Below, in pieces: positions 15,821-24,431 of a stretch of DNA of 64,000 bases. The stretch is from Candidatus Poribacteria bacterium. GTDB taxonomy: Bacteria > Poribacteria > WGA-4E > WGA-3G. A program made the position numbers and the translations under genes. Every line of letters starts with the position of its first letter. Position 1 is the first letter of the stretch. Location of the stretch: assembly GCA_965205065.1 (NCBI GenBank), contig CBDBFT010000001.1, positions 5,681,821 to 5,745,820 of the forward strand, in the 5' to 3' direction. Under the pieces are notes generated by a model that was not told the origin of the DNA, did not search any database, and saw only the letters and a program-made list of their open reading frames with translations.

Positions 15821-17023
15821 ATGTTAACAGTTCTGAAAATCTCTCAGAATCATTATGTTCGGGGTGGGTCTGACAGATATTTTTTCACTTTGGGAGAACT
15901 GCTGCGAAAACATGGGCACAACGTTATTCCATTTACTGCTGCAAGTCCAAAGAATGAACCGACAGAATGGGAGCAGTATTTTCCACGTGGTGCGGACTTT
16001 GAAAATCCTGGACCGCTTGATCTTCTACGTTTTGTTTATTCTCAAGATGCGGTTAAATCAATTCGACGTTTGTTAGAAGACACAACTGTGGATCTTGCAC
16101 ATTTTCATATCTACCATGGCAAGTTAACGGCTTCAATACTAAGTAGTGTTAAAAAAGCAGGAATCCCACTTATTCAAACACTTCACGATTATAAATTAAC
16201 GTGTCCAGTGGCAACACATTTATCAAGCGAACAGATTTGCGAAGATTGTGCCGGTAAACATTTTATACGCGCACTACCGAAGCGGTGCAATAGAGGTAAA
16301 TTATCACGTACTGCGTTGAGTGTTACAGAATCCTATATATCACGTCTTCTCGGCTCAGTTGATAAGTTTGATCACTTTATTTCTGTGTCCCATTTTCATC
16401 GAAAAAAGATGATACAGATGGGAGTTCCAGAAGATAAGATTTCTACAGTTCATAACTTTACAGATGTATCAGATTTTCCAGCGAATTACGCTGGAGGAGA
16501 TTACGTGCTTTACTTTGGAAGGATAGATAGAAGCAAGGGGATACTGTCTTTGATTGAGGCTGCACTGCCACTCAAACATATTCCTCTCTATATCGCCGGT
16601 GAAGGTGAAGCTGCGTCTGAAGTTCAGAAGATGCTGGATGAAAATGATTGCAAACATATCCATCTCTTAGGTTTTAAACGTGGAGATGAACTCCGTGACT
16701 TAATTCTGAATAGTTTATGCACAGTTCTACCATCAGAATGGTATGAAAACTGTCCTATGTCTATTTTGGAATCCTTTGCTTATGGTAAACCTGTCATCGG
16801 CACGACGATTGGTGGAATTCCAGAATTAATTGACAATGAAGCTAATGGGTTTCTTGTACCGCCTAAAGAACCTGAGCAATTACGTGCCCGTTTGCTATGG
16901 ATGTCCGAAAACAGAACGGAAGCGATTGAGATGGGAAAAGCAGCCCGAAAAAAAGTGGAAACCGAGTTTAATGCTGACATTCACTATGAAAAGATTATGG
17001 ATGTGTATCAAAGGTTATTGTAA
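15821..17023 (+). CDS. Glycosyltransferase family 4 (GT-B, retaining)
   Basis: 400 aa. C-terminal EX7E region PSEWYENCPMSILESFAYGKPVIGTTIGGIPELI, followed by NGFLV. Confidence 0.85.
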   Translation: MLTVLKISQNHYVRGGSDRYFFTLGELLRKHGHNVIPFTAASPKNEPTEWEQYFPRGADFENPGPLDLLRFVYSQDAVKSIRRLLEDTTVDLAHFHIYHGKLTASILSSVKKAGIPLIQTLHDYKLTCPVATHLSSEQICEDCAGKHFIRALPKRCNRGKLSRTALSVTESYISRLLGSVDKFDHFISVSHFHRKKMIQMGVPEDKISTVHNFTDVSDFPANYAGGDYVLYFGRIDRSKGILSLIEAALPLKHIPLYIAGEGEAASEVQKMLDENDCKHIHLLGFKRGDELRDLILNSLCTVLPSEWYENCPMSILESFAYGKPVIGTTIGGIPELIDNEANGFLVPPKEPEQLRARLLWMSENRTEAIEMGKAARKKVETEFNADIHYEKIMDVYQRLL

Positions 17024-17185
17024 TTGGAACAAGAAGACCCAGTTAAACTTGTAGGCCGGTTAGAGCGTAACCGAAACCCCGACACATCCACGATTCAAAC
17101 AAAAGGAGAAACCCCAAAGAAAAAACATTGACATTCCACTTAGAATCTGTTACTATAAATCTATTGGAACGTGAGTTTGATAAAT

Positions 17186-17242
17186 GTAGCGCAAACTTTC
17201 CAGTTTGCGAAAATGTGCCACAAACTGAAAGTTTGTGCTACA
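17186..17242. repeat. Pair of oppositely oriented hairpin repeats (variant of the GTAGCACA family)
   Basis: gtagcgcaaactttccagtttgcg followed by gtgccacaaactgaaagtttgtgctac. Each has an 8-bp stem (CRCAAACT / AGTTTGYG). Confidence 0.7.
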
Positions 17243-17321
17243 ATTCACGCCTCTCGGATACGAAATGGTGTGAGTGAACGCAACCGAAATGATTAATCAA
17301 ACTCACGTTATTGGAGGAACA

Positions 17322-18422
17322 ATGCCAACAGTACAACAAACGGACGAATTCCAAGAAATACAGAAGATATTGGATCCAGACATTGGCCATTTTCCCGACA
17401 AACTTGCAAAATGGAAATTCAAAATACCCGAGTTTTTACGCGGCTTAGTGTTCATGGTCAAAGGAGACATGGTACATCTTCTCGATTTTGATCGTATGAA
17501 AGTCATCAGTCCGGAAAATATAACCGACATTTTGCAAGCGTCAGTGTCCGATTTGGTGTTCACCGTGCCATACCGAGACCCATCTCAAGGAGATGAGCTA
17601 ACGATATACATCTTACTGGAGCATCAATCCACGATGGATCGCATGATGGGGTATAGATTATTATCCTATATGTGCCAAATATGGCATGACCAGTTGAAGC
17701 AATTAGCCAACTCAGGTGTGAAACCGAGTCATCAGCGTTTGCATCCTATTCTCCCTATCGTCTTTTATACAGGTGAGCGGAGATGGGACGCACCGGTAAC
17801 GCTGAACGCAGTGATGGATGTACCAGAACAGATGAAGCCTTTTGTGCCATCATTTGAAACGCTTTTTCTCGGCGTGAAACAGGTTGACACAGATGAGTTG
17901 ACACAAACCGATCACCCTTTCGCTTGGTTGATGACCGTATTGCAAAAAGAGAAGGAAGATGAACACGTCATGCAACGGACATTGGAAACTGTGCTCACGC
18001 AGTTGGATACAATAAAGACAGAGAACCCTACCTTGCACCGAAACGCGATGATGTATCTGTCTCTTATCGTCCGGTGTAGACGTGAAAAAAACGAGCAACC
18101 TCAGTTGCTAAGAATGATAAATACGCATACAGAAAATGAGGAGGTTGAAAGTATTATTATGACTGGTATAGAAGCCATTCTTCAAGAAGGAAAAGCTGAA
18201 GCTCTTGAACAAGGAAAAGCTGAAGGACTTGAACAAGGTAGAATCAACGAGAAACGGACAGCCGTTCTCAAAATAGTACAGTATCGGTTCGCTGAGAAGT
18301 CAGACACTGTTCTCAATGAGATTACTGCTATAAATGACCTTGTCCACCTTGATGATCTGTTTGACCAGGTACTTACCGCAGAAACGTTTGAGGACATTGA
18401 CTTTTCAAAGAACGGTAAGTAG
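17322..18422 (+). CDS. Rpn-family recombination-promoting nuclease / putative transposase (PD-(D/E)xK, YhgA-like) with DUF4351-type C-terminus
   Basis: Core is SDLVFTVPY...LTIYILLEHQSTMDRMMGYRLLSYM (D...E.Q nuclease motif typical of the family). C-terminus is QEGKAEALEQGKAEGLEQGRINEKRTAVLKIVQYRF. ATG at 17322 has GGAGGA 4 nt upstream; the track start at 17274 is a GTG inside repeat DNA. Confidence 0.8.
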   Translation: MPTVQQTDEFQEIQKILDPDIGHFPDKLAKWKFKIPEFLRGLVFMVKGDMVHLLDFDRMKVISPENITDILQASVSDLVFTVPYRDPSQGDELTIYILLEHQSTMDRMMGYRLLSYMCQIWHDQLKQLANSGVKPSHQRLHPILPIVFYTGERRWDAPVTLNAVMDVPEQMKPFVPSFETLFLGVKQVDTDELTQTDHPFAWLMTVLQKEKEDEHVMQRTLETVLTQLDTIKTENPTLHRNAMMYLSLIVRCRREKNEQPQLLRMINTHTENEEVESIIMTGIEAILQEGKAEALEQGKAEGLEQGRINEKRTAVLKIVQYRFAEKSDTVLNEITAINDLVHLDDLFDQVLTAETFEDIDFSKNGK

Positions 18423-18452
18423 TATATACCAACCCATATATCACTTTGAACA

Positions 18453-18479
18453 GTAGCACATTCTTCCAGATTGTGCTAC
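18453..18479. repeat. GTAGCACA-family hairpin, variant copy
   Basis: gtagcacattcttccagattgtgctac forms a 12-bp stem with one mismatch. It lies between the Rpn stop and the next gene and could double as a terminator. Confidence 0.6.
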
Positions 18480-18502
18480 ATGAGAAGGAGACATGATACA
18501 AT

Positions 18503-19114
18503 ATGTCTGTAGAAAAGTCTTTGGTAGATTGTTTTTCAGAAAAACCCCCCTCAGTCTATTTTTCTGAATCTAATTCAGACAAAACAGGAATTCGACACAA
18601 TTACGCTAACCTATACGATTGGGTGATAGCCTCACTTCTTTTTCAAAACGGGATGCAACCTATACGCGTTCTGGAATTAGGTGTTACTATGTTCGGTGAA
18701 GGGAGTGGACACGCTTTTGGGAAGATGCCGTTTGTAGAAAAAATTGTGGGTCTTGATGTGAATCCAATTCAAGAAGATTTAGGTGAAAAAGGTGTTTTTC
18801 TGAACGTTGATGCTTACACAGAAAACGGATTACGAGCTGCTGCTGACCACGGACCGTATCATCTTCTGATTGATGACGCTGAGCATTCCCACAGTCAACA
18901 GGTTAAATTCTTTACGATGTATTCTTCACTGTGTGCAACGCCTGGCATCATGGTGTGTGAAGATGTGCCAAGATTGAGTATCGGTAATAGACTTAGAGCA
19001 ATAAAAGATCCGAGTCTTATGTGTGTGCAAGTGCCAGGGGAACTGTTAGCAACCAAATTTAAACTGGACAACAATGTGATACTGAAAATTAATATGTTAG
19101 GACATTTGGATTAA
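18503..19114 (+). CDS. Possible class I SAM-dependent methyltransferase-like protein
   Basis: 203 aa. VLELGV...GSG glycine-rich stretch, VGLDVNP, and LLIDDAEHSHSQQVKFF, which resembles the IDDGSH motif of some sugar O-methyltransferases. Weak assignment. Confidence 0.35.
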   Translation: MSVEKSLVDCFSEKPPSVYFSESNSDKTGIRHNYANLYDWVIASLLFQNGMQPIRVLELGVTMFGEGSGHAFGKMPFVEKIVGLDVNPIQEDLGEKGVFLNVDAYTENGLRAAADHGPYHLLIDDAEHSHSQQVKFFTMYSSLCATPGIMVCEDVPRLSIGNRLRAIKDPSLMCVQVPGELLATKFKLDNNVILKINMLGHLD

Positions 19115-19336
19115 CTGAATAATTACTTCAGACCTATATTTTTTTACATTTCTGACAAGTTTCTGTGATGAATTAGAAGTAATATATCTAATATCCAAAA
19201 TATCGTTCCTTAACCCATAACCTTACTACATAAAGGAGAATTAAATTGATAAGAATTCAGTTAACATTAATTACGATACTGCTTTGTTGTTTTGTCATCG
19301 TATCGTGTGAGTATGCTTCAGATGTGATGCGATCTG

Positions 19337-19897
19337 GTGCACCCACCCCCAGACGACAGTGTGAAAAGCACTGATGACAGTGTAAAAAGCACTGATGACA
19401 CAGACAACATGGGAATGGTGGAAATTGGTAATACTGAAGAAGATATGGAGAAGTTGGAAGGTTCTGCCGTGGTTATAAATGAATTGATGGCGGATAACGA
19501 CAATACCATCGCTGATCCTCAAGGAAACTATGATGATTGGCTTGAGTTATACAATCGCACGGATAATCCAATTTCAATTTCCGGTATGTATCTGAGCGAC
19601 GACGAGGAAGAACCAAATAAATGGCAATTCCCTGAAAACATTGAGATTCCAGCAAATGGATATTTAATTGTGTGGTTAGATGAGGATTTAGATGATACTC
19701 CGGGGTTGCATGCCGACATCAAACTATCTAAAGGTGGTGAAATGGCACTGCTTGTAGATACAGATGGAATTACAGTGTTGGATCAGGTCGTTTTTGGAGA
19801 ACAGGAAACAGACGTGTCTTATGGACGTATTCCGAATGGCACTGGTGAATTTCAAGTTGTAGATGCTACGCCTGGTGCTGAAAATAGGGCTGAATAG
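19337..19897 (+). CDS. Lamin-tail-domain (LTD) protein; probably the frameshifted body of a lipoprotein gene starting at 19246
   Basis: VVINELMADNDNTIADPQGNYDDWLELYNRTDNPISISGMYLSDD...ANGYLIVW is LTD-like. A strong RBS (aaaggagaa) plus TTG at 19246 opens a lipoprotein signal LIRIQLTLITILLCCFVIVSC in frame 1. That frame ends at about 19371, while the LTD ORF is in frame 2. Confidence 0.7.
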   Translation: MHPPPDDSVKSTDDSVKSTDDTDNMGMVEIGNTEEDMEKLEGSAVVINELMADNDNTIADPQGNYDDWLELYNRTDNPISISGMYLSDDEEEPNKWQFPENIEIPANGYLIVWLDEDLDDTPGLHADIKLSKGGEMALLVDTDGITVLDQVVFGEQETDVSYGRIPNGTGEFQVVDATPGAENRAE

Positions 19898-19911
19898 AAT
19901 CCATATTTTAT

Positions 19912-19966
19912 GTTGCTTCAGAAGGGATTTTCAAACTGGAATTCCTTCTGAAGCAACAACGTTTTT
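19912..19966 (+). terminator. Rho-independent terminator after the LTD gene
   Basis: Perfect 14-bp stem gttgcttcagaagg / ccttctgaagcaac (19912..19925 and 19944..19957) with an 18-nt loop, followed by aacgttttt. Confidence 0.7.
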
Positions 19967-19983
19967 GAAGGATTACAAATCTC

Positions 19984-21984
19984 TTGAAAATTTTCACACT
20001 TACTGAATTAACGCATATAGTGTTTACGCATATAGTGTTTAGAAGACAGACCTTGAATCTTGCCGTGGTGATAAAACGTATTGTTGTTTTAGGTATGCTT
20101 TTTTACCTGTCACACCAGATCGTATTGGCACAGACTGTTCATATTCCTGACCCAGGTCTTCGCACTGCTCTTGAATTAGCATTGGGTAAACAAGCTGGTG
20201 AAGATATAACTCAGGTAGACATGGCAAGTTTAGAATCGTTGAATGCTTTAGAAAAGGGTATTCACAACATAAGTGGACTTGAGTTTGCTGTCAATTTAAC
20301 AGAGCTGCATCTTGGACGTAATCGGATATTAAATTTGTCTCCGCTTGAAGACTTGAAAAACCTAAGCATACTAGATATCCACCTAAATGGAGAAGTATTA
20401 GTTTTAAATCCGATCAAGAGTTTGATTAACCTGACGCGGTTATCTTTAAGTGAGAACCGGATTACCGACGTGACACCACTCAAAGACTTAACAAATCTAA
20501 AATACCTTGCTCTTGATGAGAACGAGATATCAAATGTATCGCCGTTGAGAAATTTGACAAATCTGACAGAGTTACATCTTAACGACAACAAGAATCTCTC
20601 AGATGTCACACCACTCCAGAATATGCTCAATTTGACATTTCTGGAACTTCATGGAAACATTATATCAGATATTTCCGCGCTCAAGGGGCTTCTGAATCTA
20701 AGAGACCTAAGACTTCAAGAGAACCGAATATCGGATGTTTCCGCACTGGAACATTTGACAAAACTTACATACCTTAATCTTGACGATAATTACAGAATAT
20801 CTGATTTGACACCACTCGAAAGTTTGACAAATTTAAGACACCTTTCTCTTGATGAAAACCAAATAATCAACATATCTCCGCTAAGAAACTTAACAAATCT
20901 GAGATACCTTGCTCTTGATGATAATAGAATATCCGATATATCTCCACTGAAGAAATTGACGAATCTCAGAGAATTAGATCTTAACGACAACAAGAATATC
21001 TCAGATGTCACGCCACTCCAGAATATGGTCAATTTGACATTTCTGGAACTTCATGGTAACAATATATCAGATGTATCTTCTCTCAAAGGTCTTGTGAATT
21101 TAAGGGACTTAAGACTGCAGGAGAACCAAATCTCGAATGTGTTTTCACTTAAAAATATGGTACGTCTATCATACTTAGATATTCACGACAATGCTATATC
21201 GGATATATCTCCACTTAAGAGTCTAACAAATCTGAAATACTTAGATCTTAGGAGCAATAATATATCAGATTATTCCCCGCTTGAGGGTTTATTAGATAAC
21301 CTTGTGGAATATTATACAGAGCATCAATCGAAATCACCTGACGTGAATCGAGATGGAATTGTGGATATTACTGATCTTATTTTAATTGCATCCAACTTCA
21401 CATATCCTGATCTTAACGTGCTTGCAGAATCAAACATCTATCCAGATGTCAACAACGATGGTGTCGTTAATTTGATTGACTTGCTACTTGTTGCAGCGGA
21501 AATGGGTTCTAATGCAGCAGCCCCCGCACTCAGCAAGAATGCCGTTCTGGCATCAAATCTGACATCTGAAAACCTTGTAGAGTGGATTCAATCTGCGAAG
21601 CAACTTGATATTGAAATACCAAATTTACATAAAGGAATTTCTATATTACGACAACTCTTGGCTATCCGAAACAGTGTAGAGACATCGCACATTAAGACAG
21701 CTGTGCTGAGAAACTATCCAAATCCGTTTAACCCTGAGACGTGGATACCGTATCAATTGGCAAAACCAGCAAAAGTCGATATCTCAATTTTTTCTATAGA
21801 CGGTAAACGCATCAGAACCTTGAAATTAGGACATAAACCTGCCGGTAAATACCACGATAAACACCAATCTGCATATTGGGATGGTCGGAATGCGTTTGGC
21901 GAGTCAGTAGCAAGTGGAGTCTATTTCTACACGTTTAATGCTGATGATTTCAGATCGACGGGTAGAATGTTCATCCGCAAGTGA
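19984..21984 (+). CDS. Secreted internalin-type LRR protein 1 with the dockerin-like / linker / CTD cassette
   Basis: Cap motif IPDPGLRTALELALGK. About 15 tandem 22-residue repeats LTNLxxLxLxxNxISDISPL. Then DVNRDGIVDITDL and DVNNDGVVNLIDL, a helical linker, and LRNYPNPFNPETWIPYQL...GVYFYTF...RMFIRK. The true start is more likely the GTG at 20065/20068, which gives VIKRIVVLGMLFYLSHQIVLA/QT. The track start lies in a 15-bp direct repeat. Confidence 0.85.
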   Translation: MKIFTLTELTHIVFTHIVFRRQTLNLAVVIKRIVVLGMLFYLSHQIVLAQTVHIPDPGLRTALELALGKQAGEDITQVDMASLESLNALEKGIHNISGLEFAVNLTELHLGRNRILNLSPLEDLKNLSILDIHLNGEVLVLNPIKSLINLTRLSLSENRITDVTPLKDLTNLKYLALDENEISNVSPLRNLTNLTELHLNDNKNLSDVTPLQNMLNLTFLELHGNIISDISALKGLLNLRDLRLQENRISDVSALEHLTKLTYLNLDDNYRISDLTPLESLTNLRHLSLDENQIINISPLRNLTNLRYLALDDNRISDISPLKKLTNLRELDLNDNKNISDVTPLQNMVNLTFLELHGNNISDVSSLKGLVNLRDLRLQENQISNVFSLKNMVRLSYLDIHDNAISDISPLKSLTNLKYLDLRSNNISDYSPLEGLLDNLVEYYTEHQSKSPDVNRDGIVDITDLILIASNFTYPDLNVLAESNIYPDVNNDGVVNLIDLLLVAAEMGSNAAAPALSKNAVLASNLTSENLVEWIQSAKQLDIEIPNLHKGISILRQLLAIRNSVETSHIKTAVLRNYPNPFNPETWIPYQLAKPAKVDISIFSIDGKRIRTLKLGHKPAGKYHDKHQSAYWDGRNAFGESVASGVYFYTFNADDFRSTGRMFIRK

Positions 21985-22034
21985 ACTTGAATTCTGCTTA
22001 TAGTATTATATAGTATTGAAACTTGTAGGCATCT

Positions 22035-24410
22035 ATGTTAATCAAATATTATGAACACTGTTTCATGGCACTATTCAGGTATATTGGTATACGATTCTCA
22101 AGACAAAAGTTGAGACTTTTTCGTGTTGTCAACCTAATTCTCATAGCATGTCTGCTCTTTTTAGTAATGCATGGGAACACAATTGCAGAATCCGTGCATA
22201 TTCCTGATCCTTACCTCCGTGATGCACTTGAGTTAGCATTAGGCAAAGCTGAGAATGAGGACATTACGCAAGCGGATATGTCAGGTTTACAGGTACTTCA
22301 AGCCAGCAAATGTCGTTTCTTGATGTTATCTGAAGTACAAACGTTTGGTGCTCCTAATCGTTGGGTATGTCAAGATTCTGCTAATTTCCAAACCGGAATT
22401 AATAACTTGACCGGCATTGAGTTTGCTGTTAATTTGAAAGAATTACACCTTGGACGCAACTTTATATCAGACATATCACCGCTCAAAAATTTGACAAAAT
22501 TGGAATACTTAGATTTAGGTCTCAATCGGACTATATCCGATATATCACCGCTCAAAGATTTGATTAACTTAACGCATCTCTCACTTAGATATAATCAGGT
22601 ATCAGATCTATCACCGCTGAAAAATTTGAATAACTTGATAGATCTTGATCTTTTTGAAAATCAAATATCGGATATATCTCCATTAAAACATTTAGCAGAT
22701 AATTTGATGTTTCTTGAGCTCGGCTACAATGACTTAACCACTGATATTTCTTCACTCAGCAACTTAACAAAACTAACATTCCTATCACTTAGATACAATC
22801 AAATATCGGATTTGTCACCCCTAAAAAGATTAACAAACTTAATAGGCTTAGATGTGCAACATAACCAGTTATCGGATTTGGCACCACTAAAAGATTTGCG
22901 TAAACTGCAGCTTCTGGATGTTGACAGTAACCAGATATCAGATGTGACACCACTAAAAAACTTGACAGAACTATTACTGCTTGATATATCTGACAACGAA
23001 ATATCGGATATATCTTCAATTAAAGGTTTGATACATTTGGTATGGCTGGATATTGATGACAACTACTTGCAGGATATAACTGCATTAAAAGATCTAACAG
23101 AGCTAATTGAACTTGATCTTGACGACAATGAGATAGAAGACATTACGCTGCTTGAAAATATGAGATATCTGAATTGGTTGGACCTTGATGACAACCAGAT
23201 ATCTGACGTGTCTCCACTACAAAACTTGACAGAATTGACATATCTTGATTTGGATGGCAATCAAATTTCAGATGTGACCCCTCTACAAAACCTGATAGAA
23301 TTAAAGTTTCTTGATCTGGATAACAATCAGATATTAGATGTGTCACCTCTTCGGAATTTGATCCGCTTGGATGAACTTGATCTTCACAACAACCATATAT
23401 CAGATGTGTCCCCTCTTAATAACTTGGTAAACCTGATAGATCTGGATTTGGACGACAACCAAATTTCTGATATATCAGCACTTTACACATTGACAAAATT
23501 GATGGTGTTAGATTTAAATGGAAATCAGATATCAGATCTATCCCCATTACAAGGATTGACAAATCTGATTGAACTTGATCTTCGCGACAACCATATATCG
23601 AATGTGTTACCCCTCAGAGGATTGATACACTTGTCAGTGTTGGATCTCAGTGAAAACCGGATATCGGTTTTTTATCCCATCCTCGGCATAATAGAGAATT
23701 TAGTTGAATATGATGCCAGTAACCAATCCGTTCCAACCTACAAAACTGAAGATGTAAATCGAGATGGTAGCGTGAATACCACAGACCTCCTATTGATTGC
23801 ATCTTACTTCCATAATTCTGACTTAGAAACTCTGGCAGAGTCTAACATATTTCCAGATGTCAACTACGATGATACTGTTAATCTGATAGACCTATTAATT
23901 GTTGCAGCGGCAATGAGTGTAGATACTGCAGCCCCAGTCCTCAATAAGGATTCAGTTGAAGTATCTGATATTACAGCCAAAGAACTATCACACTGGATTC
24001 GGCGCGCTAAGCAGCTTGATATGGACGATCCACTTATGCACATTCCACATTTACAAAAGGGGATCGCTTTTTTAGAACAACTCTTGGAGGGTCTTTCCAT
24101 AGGAAACGTGCTGCCAAAAGAAACAGCACTGTTGACGAATTACCCGAATCCGTTTAACCCTGAGACATGGATACCGTTTCAACTCTCAGAACCGGCACAG
24201 GCCAGCATCTCAATTCATGCTGTAGATGGGAAACACATCAGGACTTTGAAACTTGGTTACTTACCTATAGGTATATATTACAATAAAGACAGATCAACGT
24301 ATTGGGATGGTAAGAATGAATTCGGTGAATCTGTTTCAAGTGGAGTCTATTTTTATACACTCTCTGCTGGAGAATTCACAGCTACGGGTAGAATGCTCAT
24401 TGTCAAGTAA
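22035..24410 (+). CDS. Secreted internalin-type LRR protein 2 with the same C-terminal cassette
   Basis: 791 aa. Hydrophobic N-terminus. IPDPYLRDALELALGK. A Cys-containing insert (CRFLML...RWVCQ). About 19 LRRs. DVNRDGSVNTTDL and DVNYDDTVNLIDL. LTNYPNPFNPETWIPFQL...GVYFYTL...RMLIVK. Confidence 0.85.
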   Translation: MLIKYYEHCFMALFRYIGIRFSRQKLRLFRVVNLILIACLLFLVMHGNTIAESVHIPDPYLRDALELALGKAENEDITQADMSGLQVLQASKCRFLMLSEVQTFGAPNRWVCQDSANFQTGINNLTGIEFAVNLKELHLGRNFISDISPLKNLTKLEYLDLGLNRTISDISPLKDLINLTHLSLRYNQVSDLSPLKNLNNLIDLDLFENQISDISPLKHLADNLMFLELGYNDLTTDISSLSNLTKLTFLSLRYNQISDLSPLKRLTNLIGLDVQHNQLSDLAPLKDLRKLQLLDVDSNQISDVTPLKNLTELLLLDISDNEISDISSIKGLIHLVWLDIDDNYLQDITALKDLTELIELDLDDNEIEDITLLENMRYLNWLDLDDNQISDVSPLQNLTELTYLDLDGNQISDVTPLQNLIELKFLDLDNNQILDVSPLRNLIRLDELDLHNNHISDVSPLNNLVNLIDLDLDDNQISDISALYTLTKLMVLDLNGNQISDLSPLQGLTNLIELDLRDNHISNVLPLRGLIHLSVLDLSENRISVFYPILGIIENLVEYDASNQSVPTYKTEDVNRDGSVNTTDLLLIASYFHNSDLETLAESNIFPDVNYDDTVNLIDLLIVAAAMSVDTAAPVLNKDSVEVSDITAKELSHWIRRAKQLDMDDPLMHIPHLQKGIAFLEQLLEGLSIGNVLPKETALLTNYPNPFNPETWIPFQLSEPAQASISIHAVDGKHIRTLKLGYLPIGIYYNKDRSTYWDGKNEFGESVSSGVYFYTLSAGEFTATGRMLIVK

Positions 24411-24431
24411 CTATACGAGGAGAATAAGTAT

